From an uncultured Bdellovibrionales bacterium (GTDB taxonomy: Bacteria; Bdellovibrionota_C; UBA2361; SZUA-149; CAZDIO01): DNA of 64,000 bases. The DNA lies in NCBI GenBank assembly GCA_964505555.1, contig CAZDIO010000026.1:2924-66923 (forward strand), written 5' to 3'. Each line of letters starts with the position of its first letter. Positions within the stretch are counted from its first letter, which is position 1. Below the pieces are notes generated by a model, which did no database searches, was not told where the DNA came from, and was given only the letters and a program-made list of their open reading frames with translations. Both the position numbers and the translations under genes were made by a program. This document shows positions 28,846 through 39,000 of this stretch, piece after piece.

Positions 28846-31800
28846 ATGGTCTGTCGTCTGATTGAATTTAGCGCGAAAAACAAACTTTTTATCATCACGA
28901 TGACACTCGCCCTTCTTGTGGGCGCATGGTGGAGTTTTAAGAACATTCCACTTGATGCTATTCCCGATCTCTCTGACACGCAAGTTATCGTTTATTCAAG
29001 GTGGGATAGAAGCCCTGATATCATTGAAGACCAGGTTACCTATCCCATCGTTACCTCACTTCTTGGAACCCCTGGGATAAAAGCCGTCCGTGGGTTCTCT
29101 GACTTTGGTTACTCCTATGTCTATGTAATCTTTGAAGATGGAACAAATCTGTATTGGGCAAGAAGCAGGACGCTTGAATATTTAAGTAAGATTCTCCCAA
29201 GGCTCCCGCAGGGAGTAAGAACCGAGATTGGGCCGGATGCTACAAGTTTAGGTTGGGTTTATCAGTATGCTCTTGTGGATGATTCTGGTTCTCTTGACTT
29301 AGCAGAACTTAGAAGTATTCAGGACTGGCAGCTTAAATTTCATATTCAATCTGTTCCTGGTGTTGCTGAGGTCGCATCGGTCGGAGGTTTTGTAAAGCAA
29401 TATCAGGTAAACGTCGACCCAAATAAACTCTCCCACTACGGCATCCGTATGCCACTGCTGATAGAGGCAATTCGAAGTGGCAACAATGACACAGGAGGGC
29501 GCGTCGTTGAATTTTCTGGCCGCGAATACATGGTCCGTGGGCGAGGATATGCAAAGAGCATAGAAGATATTGAAAACATCGTTGTTTCAAACGAACACGA
29601 AACAGGCACGCCGATTCTTGTAAAAAACATCGCCACGGTGGAGCTTGGCCCTGACATTCGTCGAGGTGTTACCGATCTAAACGGCATGGGAGATACCGCT
29701 GGTGGAATCGTTATCATGCGACAAGGCGAAAATGTCGTTAATGTGATTGACCGAGTAAAAGAAAAACTTGAACAAATCCGCCCTTCTCTCCCAAATGGAG
29801 TCAAAATAGTCACGACCTATGACCGTTCCGATCTCGTGCATCGAGCGCTCAATACACTAAAGCACGAACTCATTGCTGAAGTTATTATTGTCAGTATCGT
29901 TATTCTTATTTTTCTCTGGCACATTCCTTCAGCAATTGTTCCGATACTCACCATCCCTATCTCAGTCTTTCTGGCCTTCATTCCCATGTATTTCATGGGC
30001 GTCACATCGAACATCATGTCACTTGCAGGAATTGCTATCTCAATCGGAATACTCGTTGATGGCGCGATTGTTGAAGTAGAGAATGCCTATAAGAGACTCG
30101 AAGAATGGAATACGTCAGGGAGAAATGGCGATTTCCACGAGGTAAGGCTTCGTGCATTAAAAGAAGTTGCTCCGTCTGTTTTCTTCTCTCTCCTTGTCAT
30201 TGCTGTTTCGTTCATACCGATTTTTATGCTTGTTGACCAAGAAGGTCGTCTTTTTAGACCCCTTGCTATCTCAAAAACCCTCGCCATGACTCTAGCAGCA
30301 CTTCTTGCCGTAACTGTCGACCCCGCCCTTAGAATGCTTTTCTCTCGAATGGACAAATTTACTTTCAAGCCTCGCTGGTTATCGGGAATTACTAATGCGT
30401 TCCTTGTCGGCACTTACTATCCAGAAGAGAAACATCCGATCAGCAAAGTTCTCTTTAGAGTGTATGAACCCGTTGCTAATTTCGTTTTAAGGCATACGTA
30501 TCTAACGATCATTGGGGCTATTTTACTTGTTCTAACAACCATTCCCATATTTCTTCACTTGGGCACTGAGTTCATGCCTCCGCTTAACGAAGGAAGTCTA
30601 CTTTACATGCCTACCGCTTTTCCAGGAATGTCAATTACAGAAGCAAAACGTCTGCTTCAAGTTCAAGACAAACTCTTAATGGGCTTCCCTGAGGTTCAGA
30701 GCGCGTACGGCAAAGCTGGGCGTGCTGAAACATCAACCGATCCAGCACCGCTTTCAATGTTTGAAACTACAGTTGTTCTTAAACCGACCGAAGAGTGGAA
30801 AAAGCTTGATACCTGGTATTCGAACCTTCCTCGGTTCATTCATCCACTTTTTGAGTGGACTTCCCCGCCCCATGAGAGTCTTGAAGAACTTCAATCACGG
30901 ATGAACGACAAACTTCGATTTGCCGGGATTCCTAATATCTGGACGATGCCGATTAAGAATCGAATTGACATGCTCTCTACCGGCATTCGAACGCCGATAG
31001 GAATTAAAGTCCTGGGCGCTGATCTAAAAATTATTCAGAACATCAGCGAACAGATAGAAGCCGCTATTAAAAGCATCCCCGATACAAGAAGCGTTTACGC
31101 TGAACGAGCAGCAGAAGGCTACTATCTTGATTTTGTCTTCAATCGAGAAGCACTTGCTCGTTACGGAGTAACCATTGATGAAGCAAACATGATTGTCAAC
31201 TCAGCAGTTGGAGGAGAAAATATCTCCTACACCATTGAAGGCCGCGAGCGCTACCCAATCAATGTCCGCTATCTTCGAGAATTCCGAGATGATGTCGAAA
31301 CGCTAAAACGCGTGCTCGTTCCAACCTCCTCGGGCGCAATGCAGATACCCCTTGCACAACTTGCCGACATTAAAATGGTGCAAGGCCCCTCAATGATACG
31401 AAACGAGAACGGTCTTCTTGCAGGGTATGTATATGTCGACATAACAAGAAAAGATATCGGAGGCTATATTGATGATGCAAAAAGAGTGGTCCAAGAGAAA
31501 GTTGCTCTTCCCACAGGATATAGCCTCATTTGGAGTGGCCAGTATGAAAACATGGAGCGAGTCAAAGAACGACTTAAGGTCGTTCTCCCAGTTACGTTAT
31601 TTTTTATTTTTCTGCTTCTTTATTTGAACACTCGGTCGTTTGTAAAGACCTCTATCGTGCTGCTTGCTGTTCCCTTCTCTCTCGTTGGCAGCATTTGGCT
31701 TCTTTATTTTCTTGGCTACAATATCTCCATTGCTGTCTGGGTTGGAATGATTGCGCTGATGGGCCTTGATGCTGAGACAGGAGTCTTCATGCTGCTGTAT

Positions 31801-32097
31801 CTCGATCTCGCTTTTGATGAGCGAAAAAAACGAGGAGAGATGAATACACTCGGGCATCTTAAAGACGCGATCATTCATGGAGCGGTAAAGAGAATACGGC
31901 CAAAATTAATGACCGTAATGGCCGCGTTCATGGGTCTTATTCCAATCATGTTCTCGATGTCCACGGGTAACGACGTGATGAAACGCATCGCCGCGCCAAT
32001 GATTGGAGGGCTCTTTACAAGCTTCCTTTTGGAACTTCTTGTATACCCAGCCCTATATTTTGAATGGAAAAAACGGTGCCTTATCAAGCCTACGTGA
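28846..32097 (+). CDS. heavy-metal efflux RND transporter, CusA family (second system)
   Basis: 1083 aa. 'IPDLSDTQVIV' and 'LVDGAIVEVEN' are present. The 'EFMPPLNEGSLLYMP' Met-rich segment is typical of Cu/Ag-type RND pumps. Confidence 0.9.
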   Translation: MVCRLIEFSAKNKLFIITMTLALLVGAWWSFKNIPLDAIPDLSDTQVIVYSRWDRSPDIIEDQVTYPIVTSLLGTPGIKAVRGFSDFGYSYVYVIFEDGTNLYWARSRTLEYLSKILPRLPQGVRTEIGPDATSLGWVYQYALVDDSGSLDLAELRSIQDWQLKFHIQSVPGVAEVASVGGFVKQYQVNVDPNKLSHYGIRMPLLIEAIRSGNNDTGGRVVEFSGREYMVRGRGYAKSIEDIENIVVSNEHETGTPILVKNIATVELGPDIRRGVTDLNGMGDTAGGIVIMRQGENVVNVIDRVKEKLEQIRPSLPNGVKIVTTYDRSDLVHRALNTLKHELIAEVIIVSIVILIFLWHIPSAIVPILTIPISVFLAFIPMYFMGVTSNIMSLAGIAISIGILVDGAIVEVENAYKRLEEWNTSGRNGDFHEVRLRALKEVAPSVFFSLLVIAVSFIPIFMLVDQEGRLFRPLAISKTLAMTLAALLAVTVDPALRMLFSRMDKFTFKPRWLSGITNAFLVGTYYPEEKHPISKVLFRVYEPVANFVLRHTYLTIIGAILLVLTTIPIFLHLGTEFMPPLNEGSLLYMPTAFPGMSITEAKRLLQVQDKLLMGFPEVQSAYGKAGRAETSTDPAPLSMFETTVVLKPTEEWKKLDTWYSNLPRFIHPLFEWTSPPHESLEELQSRMNDKLRFAGIPNIWTMPIKNRIDMLSTGIRTPIGIKVLGADLKIIQNISEQIEAAIKSIPDTRSVYAERAAEGYYLDFVFNREALARYGVTIDEANMIVNSAVGGENISYTIEGRERYPINVRYLREFRDDVETLKRVLVPTSSGAMQIPLAQLADIKMVQGPSMIRNENGLLAGYVYVDITRKDIGGYIDDAKRVVQEKVALPTGYSLIWSGQYENMERVKERLKVVLPVTLFFIFLLLYLNTRSFVKTSIVLLAVPFSLVGSIWLLYFLGYNISIAVWVGMIALMGLDAETGVFMLLYLDLAFDERKKRGEMNTLGHLKDAIIHGAVKRIRPKLMTVMAAFMGLIPIMFSMSTGNDVMKRIAAPMIGGLFTSFLLELLVYPALYFEWKKRCLIKPT

Positions 32098-32788
32098 ATA
32101 ACACCAGGACCGACATTGCAACCATGAGGAGCTCTTCGAACACCGTGATATAGGTTATCCAAGGCACGTGCATTGAATCTCACGGTGAGCAAGAAAACCT
32201 TTTATCACACCCACGTTTCCTTAACTCGTTTCATTTAAGGTATGACCTGACGATAGAAATGACTTCTTCACCCGCTTTCTTAATCTTTTTCGGATCCTTC
32301 TCCTCTACAATGTGAAAGCGTATGTGACCATCAAGAACTTCTGAGTTGATTTGATAGAGTTTATTACAACGCCACTGATTGATCGCTTAATCTGGCGCTC
32401 AGGCGATCCTTCCCACGAATACGTGAGGCATCAACCAACATTCGTCCCGCCCAACGGCAGACATTAAACTCAGCCAGTAGAGCGCGCATTCGGTCTCGCT
32501 GTTCTTGTTGCGACATCGAAAGCGTTGCGGTTAGTTGCACAAATACAAACCGTCCACGAAGCAACGGGAAGCGCTCGAGCAGACGCAAAACGGCCAAGAG
32601 CTTCTCCTCCACCCTTTCGTATAATCAAGCCGGTCAACACCAAAGCCAAGCAAGGTATCCGGGACAAGTTTCAAGTCGGCGTAGACACTTGCAAGACACC
32701 CCTCTAGACTTGGAACTTGTGTGCCCTATTGATAATCTACCGCACCCCCACCCACGCATCGCTGCGCTCTTGCTCACCCCGCTGAGGT

Positions 32789-32998
32789 GAACGGCACGGT
32801 GGTTGGCCCAAGACCCCGCCCCAAAACGGCCGCCAACTAAACCCAGCCACTCTCACCTCTCCGCCCCCGAGTTTAGTTGTCATCCGTTTTGCCTTCGGCG
32901 CAACCGCCGGCCAACCACCGCGCCGTTCGCATTTTAATTTTTTTCATCGCCCTCCACGAAGAGTGAGAGGGACGACGAAAAAAATTTGCCGTAGGCAA
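32789..32998 (+). other. about 210-nt GC-rich nested-hairpin element upstream of radC-ardC
   Basis: The outer 20-bp stem pairs 32789..32808 with 32909..32928 (1 mismatch). An inner imperfect stem pairs 32822..32842 with 32871..32891. A third hairpin pairs 32938..32954 with 32967..32984, flanked by T7/A7. A small hairpin lies at 32986..32998. No convincing ORF. Confidence 0.45.
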
Positions 32999-33036
32999 GA
33001 CTCTCTCTATTAACCAGAAACGTTGGGGGTAATGCG

Positions 33037-33534
33037 ATGCACATCGAAATAGAAAAACAAGAAAGCGATTACATTCGGGAAGTGATTGTTAAATATCGTG
33101 GACCGAAGCGAAAGAGTCCCTGCTTTCGAGACTCTGAAGCAGTGGCGAATTTTCTTCGTGGTGTCCTAGTAGACAACTCAAGAGAGCATTTCATAGCGCT
33201 TTTCCTCGATGCGGGTAACCGAGTCGCTAGTTATTCGATTATCGCAATCGGTGGAAAGCAATCGTGCCCTGTTGATGTTACCGGGATTTTTCAGCGAGCT
33301 TTGATAGTCGGCGCATCAAGTATCATCGTCAGTCACAATCACCCTTCAGGTGATACAAAACCCAGCGAGGAAGATAGACAAATAACGAAAGCACTTTGTG
33401 AGGTCGGAAAGCTTCTCCGGATCAACGTACTCGACCACATCATTATCAGCGACGACGAGCATTTTTCGTTTAGCGATAGCGAAATGATCGCGCGGAATAC
33501 CTTTTTTAACCGTAATTCTGACGAGGTGCGATGA
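33037..33534 (+). CDS. radC: RadC-like JAB/MPN-domain protein
   Basis: 'IIVSHNHPSGDTKPSEEDRQIT' is the JAMM motif, and 'LDHIII' is the C-terminal motif. Confidence 0.8.
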   Translation: MHIEIEKQESDYIREVIVKYRGPKRKSPCFRDSEAVANFLRGVLVDNSREHFIALFLDAGNRVASYSIIAIGGKQSCPVDVTGIFQRALIVGASSIIVSHNHPSGDTKPSEEDRQITKALCEVGKLLRINVLDHIIISDDEHFSFSDSEMIARNTFFNRNSDEVR

Positions 33535-34382
33535 TGGAAACAACGACTCTCGATATAAAGACACAATCCCAACAGAGTAAATTGAAGCAGATGACCGAAG
33601 AGGCGCTAGCGACTCTCTGCCGGTCGCTTGAAAACGGGAAGAGTGACGAAATGATTCGCTACTTGGAAGTGATGTCACGTTTCCCGCGATACAGCTTCAG
33701 GAATCTCCTCTTAATTCTGATTCAAAAACCTGACGCGAGTCGGGTTATGGGCTATGCCAGTTGGAAGCAACTCGGTAGGCAGGTGAAAAAGGATGAAAAG
33801 GCTATACGAATCTGGGCTCCGATGAGGACGAGACTCGGTGAAGAAAACAGAGTCGCTACAGACTCGCTCCAAGGAACAGATGGAGAGTCGAAAGAGATTC
33901 TCTTCTTTCGGCCCGTCTGTGTCTTTGACGTAAGCCAAACAGACGGGAAAGAACTGCCTAAACTCGCTGACGTCGCCGGCGATCCGGGAAGGTATTTACA
34001 GAGGCTCAAACAATTCGCTTCTGACCAAGGAATTCAATTAGGTTACAGCAATGAACTTCGAGCCGAAGGCGTTTCGAGGTGCGGGGAGATTCTCTTGAGA
34101 AGCGGTCTTGTTCCGGCAGTAGAATTTCATGTGCTCGCCCATGAAATCGCGCATGAGTTGATTCATAAAAGAGAAATGCGAAAGGATCTCTCAAAGCGTC
34201 AAGCTGAAACCGAAGCGGAAGCAGTGGCCTATGTCGTGAGTAAATCAATCGGGCTACATACTGGGAACGCTTCGAGTGATTATATTCAGTTGTGGAATGG
34301 CAATAAGGAGGCTGTAAGTAACTCTCTAAGCGCGATCAGGAGAACCGCTGCACTCATCACACAAACATTGCTTGATACGTGA
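33531..34382 (+). CDS. ardC: ArdC-like antirestriction protein (ssDNA-binding N-domain plus HExxH metalloprotease-like C-domain)
   Basis: 'RYSFRNLLLILIQKPDASRVMGYASWKQLGRQVKKDEKAIRIW' resembles the ArdC-N/DUF1738 pattern. 'HVLAHEIAHELIH' is present. ATGA overlap with radC. Confidence 0.8.
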   Translation: MMETTTLDIKTQSQQSKLKQMTEEALATLCRSLENGKSDEMIRYLEVMSRFPRYSFRNLLLILIQKPDASRVMGYASWKQLGRQVKKDEKAIRIWAPMRTRLGEENRVATDSLQGTDGESKEILFFRPVCVFDVSQTDGKELPKLADVAGDPGRYLQRLKQFASDQGIQLGYSNELRAEGVSRCGEILLRSGLVPAVEFHVLAHEIAHELIHKREMRKDLSKRQAETEAEAVAYVVSKSIGLHTGNASSDYIQLWNGNKEAVSNSLSAIRRTAALITQTLLDT

Positions 34383-34393
34383 CGTAGCGGCTT

Positions 34394-34440
34394 AGGAAGG
34401 AGACGAGAACGCATGTTGTATCTCGTTTCCTTCCTCATTT
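34394..34440 (+). terminator. probable terminator after ardC
   Basis: The stem AGGAAGGAGACGAG ... CTCGTTTCCTTCCT (1 mismatch) is followed by CATTTT. Confidence 0.45.
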
Positions 34441-34606
34441 TCGAATTGACCGGAGAGGCGCTGGAGCATTTTCCCGACGGATTTTCACGCACCGCTTACC
34501 GTTTTTTAGGGCAAGATAACTGGCGACTCTTTGGAAAAGTAAGTTGTTGTTATTAAAGATGAAAATGCGAGTCTCAAGTTGTAGTCGCTGTTTGTTGGAG
34601 AGTCTC

Positions 34607-34645
34607 TCTAGCGACTCTCGATTTTGACCGGAAAGAGTCGCTAGA
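34607..34645. promoter_or_regulatory. perfect 12-bp inverted repeat (TCTAGCGACTCT-N15-AGAGTCGCTAGA); candidate oriT or operator
   Basis: Read directly from the sequence. It lies in a non-coding stretch containing six GAGTC/GACTC sites within about 135 bp, about 1.4 kb upstream of the relaxase gene. Confidence 0.4.
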
Positions 34646-34676
34646 GCACCGCGAGTCGCGGATTCAGATTCGGAAT

Positions 34677-35216
34677 TCAGTCATTCTTGAAGCCGATTCG
34701 CCTACCCTTTCTTTCTTCAAGCGGAGCGATAAGAAGATCGATTGCTTCAAACACGATCCGAAACTGTTTGTCGTATTCGCTAAATTTAACGCTCAGCTTC
34801 TGCTTCAGATCTTTCAGTTCCCGAGCAAGGTCTTTGTGCTGTTCAATGAAACGACGGGCTTTAACGAATGCCCGCACGACGTGAATGCTCATCTCAATAG
34901 CCACAGGTGAGTTAAGCACCGTAGCAGCCATGATTGCTCCATGTTCGGTAAACACATAAGGAAGAGTGCGCCGACCACCCCACGATCTTGAGGTGCCAAA
35001 TTGGTACCTCAAGTTTGTAAGTTCTTGATCTGACAAGAGAAAGGCGAAATCTTGAGGGAACCTATCTATATTGCGTTTGAACGCCCGTATGAATTGCTTC
35101 GTTTCGACCCCGTAGACTTTTGCGAGATCTGAATCAAGCATTACTCTATGATTTCGGATCTCGTAAATACAACTCTCGATTTGTTCAATTGCGATAATTT
35201 CTTTCTTCCTCGGCAT
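34677..35216 (-). CDS. ORF6N-domain DNA-binding protein
   Basis: 'IRNHRVMLDSDLAKVYGVETKQFIRAFKRNIDRFPQDFAFLLSDQE...LPYVFTEHGAIMAATVLNSPVAI' matches the ORF6N/KilA-N-related domain pattern. Confidence 0.7.
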   Translation of the reverse strand: MPRKKEIIAIEQIESCIYEIRNHRVMLDSDLAKVYGVETKQFIRAFKRNIDRFPQDFAFLLSDQELTNLRYQFGTSRSWGGRRTLPYVFTEHGAIMAATVLNSPVAIEMSIHVVRAFVKARRFIEQHKDLARELKDLKQKLSVKFSEYDKQFRIVFEAIDLLIAPLEERKGRRIGFKND

Positions 35217-35436
35217 AGCACGAAGTAGCTAACACGTTTTAAATTAATTGTCTCGAATCAAATCTCTTTGTGACTATCCACATAAGTTTCTGTGGCGACT
35301 TGCCCCACTTACGATGAGGCATCTTACCTGATTGCGTAGAACCTCTCTTTCACTAACCACTTGTATTTTCACAACATCGCTCGCGACTCGCGTTGGTACG
35401 ATTCTCGCTACATACGAGTCTGAGGATTGTCATTTT

Positions 35437-36027
35437 ATGAAAGAGCAAAGTTCATACCAAAAGAAAAGACAGCTTCGACCTGTCGCGATTTCCGTTGCGA
35501 CATATTTGGCCGCTGCACTTGCGATTCTTTACATTATCCCGACACACTTCATTTTTAACAGAAGCGAAAGTATGCCTCTTGGTATCTACCGAATCACCGG
35601 GACGCCGATAACACGCGCTTCGATTGTCGGGGCATGCATCCCTGAACCGTATGCGACTCTCGTGCGCACACGAGGCTATGTCGAATCGGGGCGATGCATC
35701 GGTGGGATACGCCCGGTGATGAAATACGTTGCGGCCATCGCTGGCGACTCGGTTGAGATTCGCCTTAACGGTCTATTTATTAACGGAGAGTCTGTTCCGA
35801 ATACACGGATTTTATTGATTGATCCGCTGGGGCGGGCAGTTCCCCACCAGACTGGAATCTACGTTCTGAGACCGGGAGAATTCTGGCTTCTTTCCAACCA
35901 CGTAAGCGGCAGTCTGGACAGCCGTTACTTCGGGCCGGTTACGAAGATTCTCGGCGTAGTCGAACCGGTTCTCACCGAAAACGAACTCTGTGGCTTCTCC
36001 TTTCTCCACGCTTATCTGAACTGCTGA
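35437..36027 (+). CDS. traF: conjugative-transfer S26-family signal peptidase TraF
   Basis: 'NRSESMPLGIYR' (catalytic Ser region) and 'LLSNHVSGSLDSRYFGPV'. The ORF-track start at 35332 is probably too early. The ATG at 35437 has GAGGA upstream. Confidence 0.7.
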   Translation: MKEQSSYQKKRQLRPVAISVATYLAAALAILYIIPTHFIFNRSESMPLGIYRITGTPITRASIVGACIPEPYATLVRTRGYVESGRCIGGIRPVMKYVAAIAGDSVEIRLNGLFINGESVPNTRILLIDPLGRAVPHQTGIYVLRPGEFWLLSNHVSGSLDSRYFGPVTKILGVVEPVLTENELCGFSFLHAYLNC

Positions 36028-36039
36028 GGAGACTCTCTT

Positions 36040-39000
36040 ATGAAACAGATGCGAAGAATCAAGAAACCAATCATCAAGCTGGGCAAGATTCGGAAATGGT
36101 CGCAGAGGTCATTGAGAGTCGCAAGCGACTCTCAACAAATGTTTGACCGGTTTTCTCCCCGCTCCCAGAGAGTCGTTATCAAGGTCAAGCAGTCTTACAA
36201 CAAATCTCGCGGCACATGGCCTGCGCACGGACGCTATCTCGAACGGGACAAGAGTCGGTTCGGAGACGGCTTCTCAAAAACCGAGGATCGGGTGCACATC
36301 ACAAAGACTCTCGCCGAGTGGGAAGCCGCAGGAGATGAAAAGCTGCACAAAATTATCATCTCCCCGGAATACGCCGAGAGACTCGATCTCAAAGAACACA
36401 CGCGCGAACTACTGGCGCAAATGGAAAGGGACCTATCCCGGCAAACCGAATGGGTAGCGATTCTCCACAAGAACACCGATAATCACCATGTACATGTCGC
36501 CCTCCGGGGAATTGATACGGCGCACAAATCACTCGAAATTGAGGAATATCTAGGTGACATTCTGCGGACACGAAGTCGTGAACTCGTCACCAAAAAGCTT
36601 GGTCCGAGACTGTATCCCGAGATTCTGGAACGGCGAGAGAAAGAACTTTTTTCAGAGAGGCTCACCGATATTGACAGGGCTTTGCTCTGGAAGGCAGATT
36701 CAAATCTGATCATTCGGTTTCCCGAAAAAGAGTCTTCTAATTGGCGGCAAAATAAGTCCCGTGAACAGGAACGACTCCGGCTTACATTTCTTTCTGAGTT
36801 GGGGCTCTGTGAAAATATCTCACCTAATTCGTGGCGACTCTCTCCCGATCTTGCCGAGACTCTAAAGCGACTCTCTCTCCGACAACAGCTTATAAAAGAG
36901 CAGGTACCTGGCTGGGAATTTGTCCGGACGCTCAAGGCATCCGGCGTCATTCGAAAACGCCTTGACCTGGGAGAGACTCTTACCGGACGGGTTGTGGGAA
37001 CTAATATTCGAGATCCTTTTGGCGATCAGCAATTCATGCTCGTTGAAGGCACGGACGGTGTCACCTATCACTTCAACCAACCAAAAGGTGCCCGAGAGGG
37101 AAAGGTCAAAGTAAATGATGTAGTGACACTTGAAAGGCGCATCGCTGAAATATCAGACAACGACACAGCAGAGGTAACTAAAAGAGAGTTCACAGCGGTT
37201 CAAATCCACAGCGATTGGAAAAAGTGCCTACCCCTTGATTACGAGGCCGTGGCGACTCTCAAGCACACGAACGATTCTCGGGAAGACGCGCCACGAGTCG
37301 GTTTCGCAAACGACTGGGCTCAGGCAGTCCAGGAGAGAGTCGCTGAGCTTCGGGCTAAAAACTTTACACCGCACGATCGGGACTGGAAGACTCGCCTGGA
37401 AGCGATCCGTTTCACAGAAACAGACTCGAAAGCCTGGGAGTGGAATCCGAGAGATTACATCGAGTCAGAAGGCGAGAATGCAGCACCGGATTCCATCTCA
37501 GAGCACGAAGGCAAATTGAACAATGAGAATCGCTTGATTGTCGGAGAAATTCAGTGCGTAGGTGAAGAAAGAATCCTTGTTAAGGATATACGAGATTCAA
37601 CCGGAAGAATTGTCAAACTGAGCGATGCGGGACTTAGCTGGGCACCGAGTGTCGGCACTACGGTTTCAATACAAGCAAAGAGAACCCCTCACACCGAGAT
37701 TCGCCCAAGTGACGACAGAATCGCTGAGCTGATAACTAGCTCTGGAAGTATTCGCGAAGAGAATCTCAAGGACAACGAAAAGAAGTACATACTTGCACGA
37801 GCAAATACTTGGACACGTTGGGAGATTCTCCAGCAAAACAACGACGGGAGTTACCAACTACTCCGCAATCTTGCTGCTCCAAGCAAACAAGCCTTGCTGT
37901 CCTTGATGGAAGAGAAGGTCAGTCAAATACGCTTAAAAGTTAGCGAGGACGTGAAACGCCAACCAGCTTGGCTCAAGTTCCTTGACGAACAAGAATTGTC
38001 CTCAACCGCAAGCGGATTCACATCGATCGATAAACTCCTTAAGGAACTTGGTCGCCTGCCGTCTGACGGGCCTGTAACCTGGCTTACTAAAGCACTTAAA
38101 CGTCGTCAGGCTCTATGGGAGAGTCGCGGTATCGCGCTGGACGATAACTTTGAGAAAAACACAAGAACCTGGATCTCTGAAGGTCTACTTCCGACAACGC
38201 TCGCCAAAGGTGAACAAATCATCGGAAGAATTCTGGACCTTTCGATTAATGGCGGGCGCTACCTCGCACTTGATTCAACGGACGGAACAGTTCGGTATTT
38301 CAAAATTTCCGGCCAGATTCAAGAACAGATCAATAAGGAACAGCTTCCGGTCGGAAACGTTATTGTTCTCACAGGAAAATCATTCGACAAGCAAATAAAC
38401 GGAACTGTCCGCACCATCTACTATACCTCCCTGACGCGGTACATTGACTGGGCATCAAGTGAAGAACTTCTCAAGGATGCACGTGCGGACCAACACAACA
38501 GCATCGCACAGACAACCAAAGGTTTTGCAGAAGAGTGGAAGCGGAAAGTGGCGCAGATTAAGGATAGTCTTCGAGAATTCGATGAACTACCGCTGGTTCA
38601 CACTAAATTGCGTCAAGGAGAAGAACTTACAGGAAGGATAATAGACCTCGGGATAAATGACGGTGAAAAACTCTTGTTAGAGGGCACCGATAGAAAGCTC
38701 CATCTTATTTATCAGTCCAAGAAGATTAAAGAGGCCATTGCCCGATCTGAAATAACCATCGGAGATGTGATCACTCTCAGAGGTAGAGAATTCTCACTCG
38801 GTGAAAGAAAAATACAGTTTATCGACCTGAGCCGTCTTGAGCACTGGGCCGTCTCTTATGCACTTGATAAGTATGCCTTCACTCAAAACCCTGAAGAACT
38901 CTCTCGTTTAAGTACAGTAGCGCCAACTACCTTTACAAGAGAATGGAATCGGCAAGCCGCCAAGCGGAGGCGAGTGCTGGACGCGCGAGGCTATACGCTG

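Noticed and set aside
32364-32612. 82-aa minus-strand ORF (GTG start) between the RND operon and the hairpin element, plus a possible C-terminal gene remnant at ~32230-32350
   Set aside because: No recognisable motif, a weak start context, and overlapping alternative ORFs of similar length. The ~32230-32350 frame has no start codon. Probably non-coding or decayed sequence.
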